A DNA stretch of 63,798 bases, the filler included, from Octopus bimaculoides (Eukaryota): assembly GCF_001194135.2 (NCBI RefSeq). It is 8 parts of 7 records of this genome, joined end to end, with 100 filler letters (N's around TTAATTAATTAA, not from the genome) between each part and the next. Parts side by side here need not be neighbours in the genome. Positions count along the whole stretch, not along the records: positions 23,039 to 38,162 come from NC_068981.1; positions 38,263 to 45,669 come from NC_069003.1; 6 more parts are not named here. One strand, given 5' to 3'. A program made the translations under genes and the position numbers. The notes beneath the pieces are model-generated. The model was not told the DNA's origin. It saw only the letters and a list, made by a program, of their open reading frames with translations, and searched no databases. This document shows positions 26,521-39,661 of the stretch, one piece after another. The first letter of the stretch is position 1; every line of letters begins with the position of its first letter.

Positions 26521-27439
26521 CAGATTGACTGAGCTATATATCTACATATATATTTCTGTGAAGTCCGTTAGTTAGTTAGTTACAACCTCCATAATAGCCA
26601 TATTATAGGTTTGAACCTGTAAACTTTTTATAAATTTCACTGTTAATAAAGATCGATAAAAAAGGCCACTTTCGAAGTGTCTGTTATTATTTACTATCAC
26701 AAACTTAGACATTTACTGCCAAGATTTACGTTTACTGCAGATTAAGGTTTTAGCATTTGATAAACAATATTAATATGTTCTGACAAATGTTTTTTTATTT
26801 TCATTTGCAACACAGACTCTCACTTTCTTTCTCCCCCACCCCTAATTTTTTTCATTAATAATAATCTACTTATGACATATTCATTGCGATTTTTTCCTTT
26901 CAAGTTTTCTTTCGTTATTTCAGATGAGTAATTCGGTTACTTTGTTGACTTAAATTCGCCGTGTAAATGACCTCAGTTTATTCTGTATACATACGGAAAA
27001 TAGCCGTTATCGAGGAATTAGCAAGTGAATTTGTTACTATGGCTATTTGATACGCTATAGTTATTAAAATATCTATATGTGATTTCTGAAAATTTTTTTC
27101 ACACATTAAACGTAGTTGGACTACCTTGATGTCTGTTTAAAAAAAGGGAGATTATGACTATGATAAAGTAAAGAAATCAATATTTACTAAGCAAGTGAGG
27201 ACTATAATACAAAAAATAATTAGACTTAACATTTAAAAATCATTAGAAGTGGGAATCAAAGGTGGAAATATTATCGAGTGGTTGGCAGAAAACCACCCGG
27301 AGCGCTGTCTCTCTGTTAGTATATATATATATATATATATAGTGACAAGCTACGCTGAAAGAAAAATCCACACGTGCTGAGGTGTGGCGAAAAAGTCAAA
27401 GAGGCCGGAAAACATATAGAATATATATATTGTTTTATG

Positions 27440-29170
27440 TGTTGAAATAGTTAAAAAAGCGACCGGTTTCGCGTGTGCTAATCATGACTAAAAATTTAGT
27501 GATAATATTACAATTACATCAACCATAGGTTGTTTTACTTATAATTTAGTAGTAGGAACGATATTGTGTAAATGAATCTGGAAAAAAATCAATTTTGAGA
27601 AGTAATTTATGATTATTAGAAGCAAGCTGGGTTGAGGTTATTACCGGTTTTTGTTTACGATTAGATAATGTAATTGTATATTTAGTAATTAAGATATTTA
27701 CAAATTCTAAAATTGGTTATATCTTCATATTCATGCGTGGTTGGTGTTTTTTCTATAAATGAAGACTTTACATTTGACAGTTGTTGTACAGAATTTGTGT
27801 CATTGCATCAGTAAATATGGAAAGAAATTGAGAAGTTTGGTTATAGGTGTCCCTCATATCTGTCTGTAGCTTAACAGCATTTGCCTACATCTTGGGAAAC
27901 AGTTTTTTCACTATACTATTCACCGTATGAGAGGTGTTCTTGGTTGACCTATATACTTGAGGACACGTCCTCAACAAGTTATCACGTAGATTAAGTTTTC
28001 AGATGCAGGGGTAAACTCAGTCTTAAGTTTGAATCTTTGGCTTTGTTTCAAGTGGAATTCCGACCATTTCAGGAAGGTGAGACATTTTCCATAGTTTGGA
28101 TCCCCGCATCTTTTCACTCTTGGTTCTGTTGTTGTTGGTTACAATTTCACAACTGTCAGTATTCTCCAAGTGAATTTGGTTGGTTTTTGTTTTTGATGAA
28201 TTTGTATGTGCGTTGAATTTAATTCATCTTAGGGTCTCTAGTGAGCATAGGTAGATATTGAATAATAGGGTTATATGCCTCATTGTTTCTAGAATTATGG
28301 CTAGAAATATAGTGTAGTAATTTTTGATCGGGTTTATATTTCGTTTTATTTCCCTCAGTGTTGGATACCAATTCTCTTGCTATATTTTATCCCATTAGCT
28401 GTCAGTGAGTATGGATACTATCTCTCCACTAATATATTTATATGCTCATGGTGTCGTAGTTTCCGGGTATTTGCATCAAATATGTTTCTGTGAATCCTTT
28501 CTCTAAATTTATTTTAATCTGTTTCTAGTGGCATGGGTTATATAGTACGTATTGCCTCGAGTTTGTGGATTTATAATAGATGTCAGTTTCAATTTGGTTG
28601 TTGACTTTTTAAATTAAAATATCAACGAATGGAAGTTTCTCTTTGCTGTATTCGTTAGTAAATTGAATGGTAGCATTTATACCATTAAGCAGGGTTTTAA
28701 ATTAGAATGATTTATCAATACTTTCATCCCCACCCCACGAAAAAAAGACAGTCATCCAGCTACCATTTCTTGTTCACATATTGGTAAAATGAGTATCGAT
28801 ATTGTTGTAGTGATATTTGATATATTGCTGATTGTAAACACTCCATTACTGAGTTGGCAAGAACTGGAGCTGCTTTGCACCCAACGCAATTCCACATTTA
28901 TATCGGTAGTCATTGGCATCAAACAAGAAGTAATTGTTCTGAGGAATGAATTTCCGTACTTCAATTATAAATACCTTGTTGCTGGTAAATCTACTGGATA
29001 ATTCTTCCAACCAGAATTTGAATGATTCTATTCCATAGTCGTGTAGGATATTAGTATACAGGATCACAACATCGAAGGATACCATGCCTGTCTTTTCATT
29101 GATTGTCTCGGGTAACATATCGAGATGATCTGTCATGGAGGTTTTGATATTTGTAAGATTGGGCTTCAGT
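27440..29170 (-). mobile_element. Penelope-like retroelement remnant (RT plus GIY-YIG), pseudogenised
   Basis: MVSFDVVILYTNILHDYG...NNYFLFD...YKCGIALG (PLE RT motifs), PFVDILI..IETDIYYKSTNSRQY (thumb), and NLIYVITC...YIGQ at 27944-27994 (GIY-YIG). Stops and frameshifts throughout. Confidence 0.85.
27455..27495 (-). ncRNA. Degenerate hammerhead remnant at the 3' end of a Penelope-like element
   Basis: GAAA-CCGG-UC (palindromic stem III, GUC triplet) preceded by an eroded core CAUGA. Confidence 0.35.
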
Positions 29171-29807
29171 AGGATGCCAAAAAATTGCTAAATTCTATAT
29201 GTTTTTAACCCTCTACTTATTCACATTTAAGCTATTGGTGCTGAGAACTGAGCAATGAAAAGTAAGTTTCTGAAGTAAACTCATATGAAGGCAAGAAATG
29301 TCTCACATTTTCCCATTAAGAGCATTCAAATAATTGTTTGATAAAAATTTAATTACGAGTTGCTTCTAAGTGATTGAAAGGCAATGGTAATTATAATTGA
29401 AATAAATAGGTTTCTGAGATAGGTTTTGAAACGAATTATATATACAATGAAGCAAATATTGATATATCATAATTAGAAGTATTCTAAACACTATATTATT
29501 ACCTTCCTTATTTTATTATTTGTATTTTTAATAACATTACTTTCGATGCTATATCTAAGAAATTTAAGTATTACACTCAGCATAGACGCAATAATGTAGA
29601 AATTTCACGAAACATTTTGATGCAGCTAACTGCTTTGAGGATAAGGACGCGATTAAATCAATGAATGATGAATGGCACAGTTCAAATCATCAAAAGAAAT
29701 GTACGTATTTATACAAGTTAATAATTGGATAATAAATTTGTAGAAATTGTTTCACTGTTGCGTATGAAATTGTTCATCAAATCTATGTATGTATGTATGT
29801 ATGTATG

Positions 29808-29866
<59 letters not shown>

Positions 29867-31625
29867 TTATCTACTTTATTTCATTCAATTTGCCATCAAA
29901 GCATTACTTAGAAGTAATAGCTGCGAGTTGGACGATAACATTAATGAGATCAATGATGAAAAAATGGTATTAATGAGTGAAGGCAGAAGACGCCCGCTGA
30001 TCTCTGCTTCTCTAAAACATTGTTCTTTCACAAAACATGCAATTTGAGGTAATAAACCTCTTACTAATATTTCATTTGGACACAAGGTCCTTACAATGAG
30101 GCACTAAGCTTGTAGCCAAAAATAACACAATATCCTTACAAGTGAGACACTAGGCCCCTTACATTTTCTCTTATGAGCCATATGCCCTTTCAGTATTGGG
30201 CACTCTGCCTCTTAATTTTTAGTATTTTCGCCCCGCCGGCACTCGACCAGGCTCAAAGCGTCACTTAAGAACTCCGATAGTGCCAGGTTAGGGCGCCTTA
30301 ATCGGAATCGGAATACATCTTCTGGGAAGGAGTTTATTACCTTGAAAAGATCCGTGTCTGAGATGACTTCCACTGCTACCTGTGGAGGCCATCCAGGATC
30401 TTTAATGCAGGTTATGTATCCTCCCCTGGGAAATTTTTTAGTAAAATTCCCCACTGCCTCTCCCCTGCCTCTCTAGAATCCAGTGATGACTCCTTGCATA
30501 GGAAAAAGATATTACACACCAAACAACAAACCCCCACTGGACCCCAAAAAACAAAAGCCTTACCTTACAGTTGAGGTCTTTTTGTCAATAATTCCCGGCT
30601 ACAAATTAGCGTACGACTTCGTCTGTGCCAAGGACAAAACTAGCAGCAGCGCATGCGTAAGCAAGCTACTTACCTAAAGACATGAATAATGGATATTCAG
30701 CAAAAGAGTAAGATGGTAAATACAACTAGCTGAAATGGGGTTCCTCCCAAGTCCCTCTGGAGTAGACTTCCTCGACGAGGCATGTAACTCTAGCCTGGTG
30801 ATCGTAGAATCTCGGTTATATTCTCTAGATTCAATCGAGTAGAGGAACAGTGAAATTTTTAAAATCAATAAGTGATTCTGCAATTTAGATTGTTGGATGA
30901 ACATTTGCATACATTCGTATATACATATATATAGTAAAATCTCTTTGCCAGCGTAAGACGGTAGTCCTGCGTAGGACAATGTTATTATCTTTTAGACGAA
31001 GGAAAACATCTTTTCCAGCTGGTTATCGACACATGGCCTGTGTCTGCAATATAAGGTGTGCAAGGGAGCGTATTACTTAATCTCTACTAGCGACTAGCAG
31101 TTTCAACAGACCAATGGTTTCTGGGTAATTTCCCGTCCTTTCTGCTGGGCAACCGCCGAGCAGAGACAGCAGTTTACTCGACCCTACTAACAGTATAGAA
31201 GAAATAGACAGTCACTGATCTCGTTGGTAAATACGTTTTACTATGCAATATATTTACTACTTAGTTCTCATTTAGGGATTTAAAACTAGCTGTATTACTA
31301 ATATACATGTTTGTGTATGTATATATATNNNNNNNNNNNNNNNNNNNNNNNNNNNNNNNNNNNNNNNNNNNNNNNNNNNNNNNNNNNNNNNNNNNNNNNN
31401 NNNNNNNNNNNNNNNNNNNNNNNNNNNNNNNNNNNNNNNNNNNNNNNNNNNNNNNNNNNNNNNNNNNNNNNNNNNNNNNNNNNNNNNNNNNNNNNNNNNN
31501 NNNNNNNNNNNNNNNNNNNNNNNNNNCCAAAGAATTACGCACACAGTTTCACACATACATACATACATAAATACATACATACATGCATGCATGCATACAT
31601 ATATACATACATGCATACATATGTA

Positions 31626-32825
31626 CAGGGGTTGGACAAAATAGCATCATAGCATTATAATTTTGAAATATAAATAAAAAAGCCTTTGACTGTTTTATTT
31701 TTATGTTTTTAATTCATCATTAGTGTTGCTTAATATGTTTTTTTCTAAAATTGCTGTTTCTTTTCAGATATCATCAGATAAAGGTAATTAAAATTCATTA
31801 AAATGACAGATCTATCGGACTCTCAAAGAGGTCAAATTGTTGGTGCTCGTAAGGCAGGAGCTAGCGTACTGAAAACAGCTAAAATGTTTGGTGTATTAAG
31901 AAATACTGTCTCGAATGTAATGACAGCCTTTGAGAAAGACGGAAAACATCCAAGTCGAAACAAAACTCTGGAAGAAAACCGAAACTTTCAGATAGGTACT
32001 TTCGGACTCTCACTCGATTTGTTAGAAAGAATCACAAAAGTACAGCTCCCCAAATTACTGCAGAGCTTAATGACCACCTCAAAAACTAAGTTCCCACAAA
32101 AACTGTTCGTCGGGATCTGCACAAAGCCAAATTTCACAGGAGAGCTTCAATCAGTAAACCACTGCTTTCAAAAACAAACGTTCCAAAACGTTTAGAGTGG
32201 TGTAAAAACCTACAGAACTTGTCCATAGAGCAGTGAAAGTATGTTATTTTCTCAGACGAGTCATCCTTTACGTTATTTCCGACCACCGGCTGAGTATATC
32301 TGGAGACAACCAAAAGATGCATTTGACTCAGACTGTCTTCTTCCAGCTATTAAACATGGAAGATCTGTAATTATCTGTGGGGGGAGTTATATCTTGGAAA
32401 TCCGCCAGCCCAATGGTTTCTCTTCATGGCAGAATTAATAGTCAAGACTTTTTAAGCATTTTATCTGATCAAATTAAACCTATGTTTAATCTTTCAGGAT
32501 TATGATGCACCAATTCACACAACTAAAGGGACATCGTAATGAAGTTGAACATCTTCTTTGGTCACCACAGTCCCCAGATCTCAATATTTTTTAACATATA
32601 TGGTGCATTTTAGAAAAACAAGTATTGAGTCGATATCCTCTATCATCAAAACTGCAAGAACTAATGACTGTTTTAGCTGAAGAATAAACGAAAATTCCTT
32701 TGGAAACAATTCAAACTTTGTACGAGCCCATACCTCGTAGAATTATTGCTAAAGGCTATCCTAGCCTATATTAAAATTAATTTGTTGAAATTTTAAGGTG
32801 TTTTCATTATTTTGTCCTACTCCTG
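31626..32825 (+). mobile_element. Tc1-family transposon (1200 bp), transposase pseudogene from 31803
   Basis: TIRs CAGGGGTTGGACAAAATA vs CAGGAGTAGGACAAAATA with TA flanks. MTDLSDSQRGQIVGAR paired-like HTH, then VIFSDESSF, FQDYDAPIH, WSPQSPDLN. Confidence 0.93.
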
Positions 32826-33044
32826 TATGTATGTATGCATTTCTGCTAACTGACAGTATCATTAGGGTGCTGGAGAAATTTAGTATTTGTTAATACCTCT
32901 TTCTGCGTTCTCAGTTAACATACACTAGAGCATAACCATGCATTCATCGATTCGGGGTCAGTACATGAAATATATGTGCGGGGACTAATTCTACTCTCGC
33001 ATTTTCTTTCTCTGTGTCTGTCTCTCCGTACTTTACTCTTCAAG

Positions 33045-33116
33045 ATGGAATGTCATTAGTGACATCTACTGTGTGATGCGTTCCGCCTGGGTAAAAGTGC
33101 GCAAAATGTCATGACG
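33045..33116 (+). other. Candidate exon (5'UTR/start or non-coding)
   Basis: About 40-nt pyrimidine tract ending ttcaag and a consensus donor ACG|gtgagt. Stops in all three frames; ends in ATG ACG. Confidence 0.35.
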
Positions 33117-33323
33117 GTGAGTCTTTGATATGTCAAGGTAAACCATATATGCATACACATATACACATATACAACTATATTTATATATATACACACACGT
33201 ATATATATATATATATACAAATATATATATATATATAGATATACTTATATATATATATACATATATATACAAATATGTATACTTATTTATACGTGCGTGT
33301 GTGTATGTTTATGCATATATATG

Positions 33324-33364
<41 letters not shown>

Positions 33365-33673
33365 GGGGGGAACGCACATACACAACAACATATATGTATT
33401 ATGTATGTATAGTAGAAAATTGGTGAAGAATCCTTACAAATGAAAGCGTATAGGTAAACAGTAAAACTAGTAATAGCACGAAAATATGTTTAAAGTGTTT
33501 TCGTATGGTTGTTACATTAAGTTACTTTTGTAAAATATTCCTGCTTTCGATGTGTATGCCCATCTTATGAAATATTAAAAAACTTAAAGTAAAAATTAAA
33601 AGATATGAAACAAATGAGAAAATAAGAAGACATTAAAAATCGAAAACAACTTTGTACTCATATTTTGTACGTA

Positions 33674-34964
33674 TCAGGTCATCCTGTAAGTTCCGTCCAA
33701 ATTTCGAATAAAGAAAACAAGTGATGAAATGTTATATTTGATTGAAATTTAGTCATTAATGTACTTTCCCTGATTATCTATGACTTCCTTCCGTCTATTT
33801 ACAAGCTTTTTAATCCCATCAATGTAAACTCGTTTGGTTTCAAAGCGAAGGACTCTGAAATGTTAGTTTCGACCTCCTCCTGGCTTGCAAAAGTTATGTC
33901 CGCCAAATAGTTCTGTAAACTACGAAACCAATGTTAGTCTGAAGGAGCAAGGTCGGGAGATTAAGGTGGATGAGGAATTTTTTTCCTAACCAAGCTCTTC
34001 GATATTCTGTGATGTGATCTTTGCAGTGTGGAGTCGCGCATTGTCCTGATAAAACAACACTCCTTTTCGATTCACTAAAACGGCTCTTTTTTACTTTAAA
34101 GCCTGGTTCAGACGCCCTAATTGCTGCCAGTAGACTTGCGCATTGACTGTTGCATTAGGTGGTAACAATTCAAAGTCAATTAATCATTTGAAATCGCACC
34201 AGATAGAGAGAAGAACTTTGTTTTTTCATGAAGTTCCATTCTCGGTTGTGTTTGGGCCATTTCCCTTTTACCAAGTCACTGTTTACGACGTTCAACATTT
34301 TGATAGAAGATCCATTTGTCGTCACCAGTCACAAGACTATCCAAAAAGGGTGAAATGAGTTCACGAGAATGGAGAGAAGAGCAGATGTCAACTCGGGATT
34401 TGCGGTTGCTTTCGGATAATTCATGAGGCACCCACTTTCCAACTTTAGGAACCTTTCCAAGTTGTTGAAGAAGACGATGAACAGTTGTTTGGTTTGAACA
34501 AAACTTTATTTCCAATTCTTCAACTGATAATGCAGGATTTTATTCAAGTAATGCCTAAAGGAGATTATCATCAAACTCAAATGGACGTTCTGTTCGACCT
34601 TCATCTTCAAGGCTGATATCTCCACTTCTGAATTTTGCAAACCATCTTCTGCAAGTTCTTTCATTGCAGCATTCTTTCCCATAAACTGAGTGTATGTTTC
34701 GAGTCGCTTCGGCTGCAGAGTTTCCTTTTTTGTATTCATAAAGCTTCATGTGTCTCAAATGCTCTTTTCATACTTCCATGTTAGAAAGGGTTTTAATCAA
34801 AGCAATTTTAATGCTAATATTATGTAAAATAATATTTAATTAGTTTAAATGTACACAAATGCATGAAAATAATTTTAGATTACATTAGACATTCTAAAAT
34901 ACTATCAAATTACATTCAATTTTAGGAAAAGGTACAATCGGACAGAACTTATGGAACGAACTGA
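33674..34964 (-). mobile_element. Full-length decayed mariner (1291 bp), DD34D transposase pseudogene at about 33749-34779
   Basis: Imperfect TIRs (TCAGGTCATCCTGTAAGTTCCGTCC vs TCAGTTCGTTCCATAAGTTCTGTCC) with TA flanks. Motifs RWFAKFRSG, KWVPHEL, VTGDDKWIFYQN, QDNARLH, SPDLAPSD. Multiple stops. Confidence 0.93.
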
Positions 34965-35385
34965 TAGTTAAGTACATGCTTGAAATTTCATCTTAAAGTC
35001 TCTTTTTATATGTTTTCTATGTGGAAATCTGGAATAGTATTCAGGGGCTCAAGTTTCAGTACTTTTATGTAGCTGAAATCATACTTTTGAGTTCAATAGC
35101 AAATGCAGTCAACTGTCTTTATTGTGTGAGCGTGCGTGTGCGCGCTAGTGTGTGTATGTTTCTCTGTGTATTGTGTTAAGCGAATAAAAGATGGTCTGCG
35201 AGGGTTTGGAAGAAATAGGTTTTCTCTTTGTTTGTTGTGGGGTCTGTCTGTGTATTTTGTTTGTTAGGAATATGATTGTTTGGGGAAGGAATTATTTTCG
35301 TATCAAAAATATTTTTTATTTCTTTTTTTCTTCAGAATATACTCAGCGGCGTGTATATTGTATGTTAAATAGATTTATACACATG

Positions 35386-35425
<40 letters not shown>

Positions 35426-35875
35426 NNNNNNNNNNNNNNNNNNNNNNNNNNNNNNNNNNNNNNNNNNNNNNNNNNNNNNNNNNNNNNNNNNNNNNNNNNN
35501 NNNNNNNNNNNNNNNNNNNNNNNNNATATATATATATATATAAATATATATATGTGTGTGTGTGTGTGTGTGTTTGTATAGTGTTTTTATAAACTCTATA
35601 TGATAATAGAGGAAGTTATCAAAAGTCATATATATACAAAGATTGAAAATCATAGGTGGCGGAATCGTACACATACTAAGTTTCGTGACAGGCAATGTTT
35701 GATTGAACTATGAATACACACATCCACAGAGTGACAGAGAAAGAATCACAGGTCGGGAAGAATTGTTTATGTGTCTGTGTGTATATATATAGATATATAG
35801 AACGTGTGTGTGTATGAGTGTGTGTATCTGTGCGTGTATATAACATGTGTATACACACACATACACACACACACA

Positions 35876-35946
<71 letters not shown>

Positions 35947-36160
35947 TGCATATATATATATATATGTTTGTGTATGTGTGTATGTGTGCGTGTGAGTGTA
36001 GTGTTTGTGAGGAGCGTGTGTGCATGTATGTATGCATATGTACACGTACATGCGCATATGTATTACATATTAAATATATAAATATAAATAGAAAGTGGTA
36101 TAACTGGATGTCTACGTAGTGTATCATAAGTTGAACTAACTTGACTTTTATCTTTTGTTT

Positions 36161-36519
36161 CTTTTACTCGTTTTAGGTATTTGATTGTGGCTAAGTTCAG
36201 GCACTGCCCTGAAGGATTCCTGGTCGAATGAATCAAGCCAAGAACTTATTGGCTTAAATTAATCGATCCCGGAATTTAATGAATCGACCCCAGAAGTTAT
36301 TGGCTTTTCTGTGCTCTAGCGCTACGTTTTGTGGACGTAAGCACCCCAACAACCGTTGTCAAGCGTTGCGGGGAGACAAATACAGATGCAAAGTCGCAGA
36401 CATAAATATGTGTATAAAAAGGTTCTTTCAGTTGCTTCTTTCATTTGCCCAAGATGCCACGAAGTTAGACTGAACCCGGAACCATGTGGCTGAGATACAA
36501 GCTTCTTACGACACAGTCA
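36161..36519 (-). mobile_element. Family B SINE, diverged
   Basis: gaaccatgtgg head end, gacgtaagcacc...aaccgttgtcaag body. Confidence 0.75.
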
Positions 36520-37710
36520 CTCATGAGCACATATCCTGTGATACATTATAAATGATTTTATAAAATTTCAGATGTAACGCGCGGGCATAGAAACACACAC
36601 ACATATATGTAAGAGAGAGACACAAGAAATTAATAAGTGTACTAGTATAGTATATATCATTGCGTAGTGTGTCGAGAGACGTATGACATGTATGTACACA
36701 CAAGATTTTCACACCATGCATAAATGTAAAATATATGTTTTCAATAATCATAATTTCAATAGATGTGGAGCTACTGTAGTGAATAGCGTTTATATAAAAA
36801 CTAGGATGAAATATGACGAAAATAATAGATCTAACATAAGGCAAATAAAAATATAGATCAATAATTTTCCTTCTTTCGGATGTGAGTGTGTTTGTATACA
36901 TATTCATAAATTTATATGTATATATTTGTGTGTGTGTGTATATATATATAAATAAATATATTAAATAAATATATATATATATATATATAGATATATATGT
37001 ATGTATACATATATATNNNNNNNNNNNNNNNNNNNNNNNNNNNNNNNNNNNNNNNNNNNNNNNNNNNNNNNNNNNNNNNNNNNNNNNNNNNNNNNNNNNN
37101 NNNNNNNNNNNNNNNNNNNNNNNNNNNNNNNNNNNNNNNNNNNNNNNNNNNNNNNNNNNNNNNNNNNNNNNNNNNNNNNNNNNNNNNNNNNNNNNNNNNN
37201 NNNNNNNNNNNNNNNNNNNNNNNNNNNNNNNNNNNNNNNNNNNNNNNNNNNNNNNNNNNNNNNNNNNNNNNNNNNNNNNNNNNNNNNNNNNNNNNNNNNN
37301 NNNNNNNNNNNNNNNNNNNNNNNNNNNNNNNNNNNNNNNNNNNNNNNNNNNNNNNNNNNNNNNNNNNNNNNNNNNNNNNNNNNNNNNNNNNNNNNNNNNN
37401 NNNNNNNNNNNNNNNNNNNNNNNNNNNNNNNNNNNNNNNNNNNNNNNNNNNNNNNNNNNNNNNNNNNNNNNNNNNNNNNNNNNNNNNNNNNNNNNNNNNN
37501 NNNNNNNNNNNNNNNNNNNNNNNNNNATATATATATATATATATATACATACATATATATGCATATATACATACATATACAGGTATTTATATATACAGAG
37601 AGAGATATATACATGCGGAGAGAGAGACCTGAATTGTATGTAAATAAATATGAGTCCAGTGTGAGACCGATGTCAACGACGTCTGATAGTTTTATTTCTA
37701 AATGTAACAG

Positions 37711-37744
37711 CTACGTCGTGTAGTTAGGAAGCAGACGTATAAAG
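37711..37744 (+). CDS. Candidate 34-nt micro-exon
   Basis: tttatttctaaatgtaacag acceptor, frame LRRVVRKQTYK, donor AAG|gtatgt. Confidence 0.25.
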
Positions 37745-38114
37745 GTATGTTCTACTGTCTCCTATCATGTATGTTATATGTATTCATGTATATATGGGCC
37801 TACGTTTGCTTCTGTATCAATATATGTGTTGATTTTATAAATAAGAAAACAGGAAAAAATAACAAATGTCAATTAGATGTAAAAAGTGAATATTAGAATG
37901 ACTCTCAGTGGAAGTTTTAGATTGAAATATAGGAGTGGAAATAATGAGGTTTCAAGCATGGATCTTCGTTGGGAAGATGATCATGTCGGGAAATGAGTTA
38001 AGGGAGGAATGAGCAAATAGTCTAAGGAAAGCACATGTGCCGTTACATGGAGGAAAGCAAACAGATCGTAACACATGTAAATAATCTACACACATATCAA
38101 TACTCAGACACATT

Positions 38115-38162
<48 letters not shown>

Positions 38163-38261
38163 NNNNNNNNNNNNNNNNNNNNNNNNNNNNNNNNNNNNNN
38201 NNNNNNTTAATTAATTAANNNNNNNNNNNNNNNNNNNNNNNNNNNNNNNNNNNNNNNNNNN

Positions 38262-38400
38262 NTAGTGGTTCGGCAAAAGAGACCGATAGAATAAGTACTA
38301 AGCTCACATACAATAAGTCCTGGGGTCGATTTGCTCGACTAAAGGTGGTGCTCCATCATGGCCACAGTCAAATGACTGAAACAAACAAAAGACTAAAAGA
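38262..38400 (+). mobile_element. Family B SINE 3' part
   Basis: gagaccgatagaataagtact...atggccacagtcaaatgactgaaac. Confidence 0.85.
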
Positions 38401-38727
38401 ATATATATATATGAGTGTCTTTGAGTCTGCGTTTATCCATCCGCCATCACTTGACAACTGAGGCTACGCTGACAGCCAACATAGCAACACAGGTCACACG
38501 ACACAACAAACTAGCTTAGAATAGTGACCTCATCAGGGTGAAAGCGTCAGTAGATGATAGGAAAGTTATGCTTGAGTCACCAAAGTGTGAAGTCTCTCTC
38601 TTTGCTCAATACCTAGTTTGTGTTGGTAAAATGTAGAATGTTCCAGAAGAGACGTTTTCTGGAGAGGGGAGCTAAGCCCACCTGTCCTTCCCCCACTGTA
38701 ACATCTGCCACCGCCCTTGCTACTTAC

Positions 38728-38817
38728 CTCATCTGTATTGAGAAGTACATCTTCATCCAAACTGAACACAGCATCTGTTTCTACATCTCTGTAGGGGAAG
38801 AACCGTGCACTGATGGA
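38728..38817 (-). CDS. EXT1: Exostosin-1 internal exon, 90 nt, GT64 DxD motif
   Basis: SISARFFPYRDVETDAVFSLDEDVLLNTDE matches EXT1 [30 protein letters not shown]. The LSLDED-type motif favours EXT1 over EXT2/EXTL3 (IDDD). Acceptor ctcttacag, donor GAG|gtaagt. Confidence 0.93.
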
Positions 38818-38821
38818 CTGT

Positions 38822-39400
38822 AAGAGATAATGGTAATAACATTGTAATGATAGTAATAATAATAATGTTAAGGATAGTAGTACTGACAGAAGAATGAGAA
38901 TTGTAATGAGTGAAGACAGTGGCAATGATAGCTGTAAGGACAATGGTAATGATAGCATGATGATAGAGGTAATGACATAAGTAATAACAGGGTAATGATA
39001 GGGGTAATATCAGTGCAATGTAATGACAGTGACAATAACAGTGCCAATGTTAATGGCAAAACAGTGGTAAGGACTGATAATGATACAGAAATGAGTGGTA
39101 ATGATAATATGATGAGAGTAGTAAGGAGAGCATAATGAATGGTAATGACTTAATAACAATATAATGATAATAGAGTCAACGTTAGTGGTTGTAACAGGGC
39201 AATGAGAATTGTAATGAAAGTGGTAATAACTGTACAGAAAAAGTGGCAATGATAGTAGAAGTAACAGTGGTAATGAGTGTGGTAAGGACAGCATAATGAG
39301 AGTGACAATGACGGGGTAATGACAATGGTAAAGTCAATAGTAATAATAGGGCAATGAGAGTTGTAATGATAGAGGTAATAACATTATAATGATAGTGATA
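38822..39400. repeat. Degenerate RTAAT/GTAATGA minisatellite filling most of an EXT1 intron
   Basis: Recurrent gtaatgatag and aatgaga(a/g)ttgtaatga blocks near 38893, 39201 and 39352. Confidence 0.75.
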
Positions 39401-39562
39401 ATAATTATTTCTTTATTGCCCACAGGGGGCTAAACATAGAGGGGACACACAAGGACAGACAAAGGAATTAAGTTGATTACTTTGACCCCAGTGCGTAACT
39501 GGTACTTAAGGAGTAAAAGAGTCAGAGAGATAAAGAGAGAGAGAAAAGGTATGGATACAAAC

Positions 39563-39661
39563 CTTGATATTTCTAGTCTTGACCAGAATAGGGACAGCAA
39601 GATCTGAAGGCCACTTGCGGGGAGGAGGGGGAGAAACATCACAGTGCCAGATAACTAAAAT
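39563..39661 (-). CDS. EXT1: Exostosin-1 internal exon, 99 nt, phase 0-0
   Basis: ILVIWHCDVSPPPPRKWPSDLAVPILVKTRNIK matches EXT1 IIVLWNCDKPLP..RWP...VPV. Long polypyrimidine tract ending tttttag, donor AAG|gtttgt. Confidence 0.92.

Noticed and set aside
30654-30675. Perfect minus-strand donor-like GGTAAGTAGC (also plus strand at 43237)
   Set aside because: Matches the family B SINE head GGTAAGTAGCTTGCTTAC, and no open upstream exon frame with recognisable protein was found.
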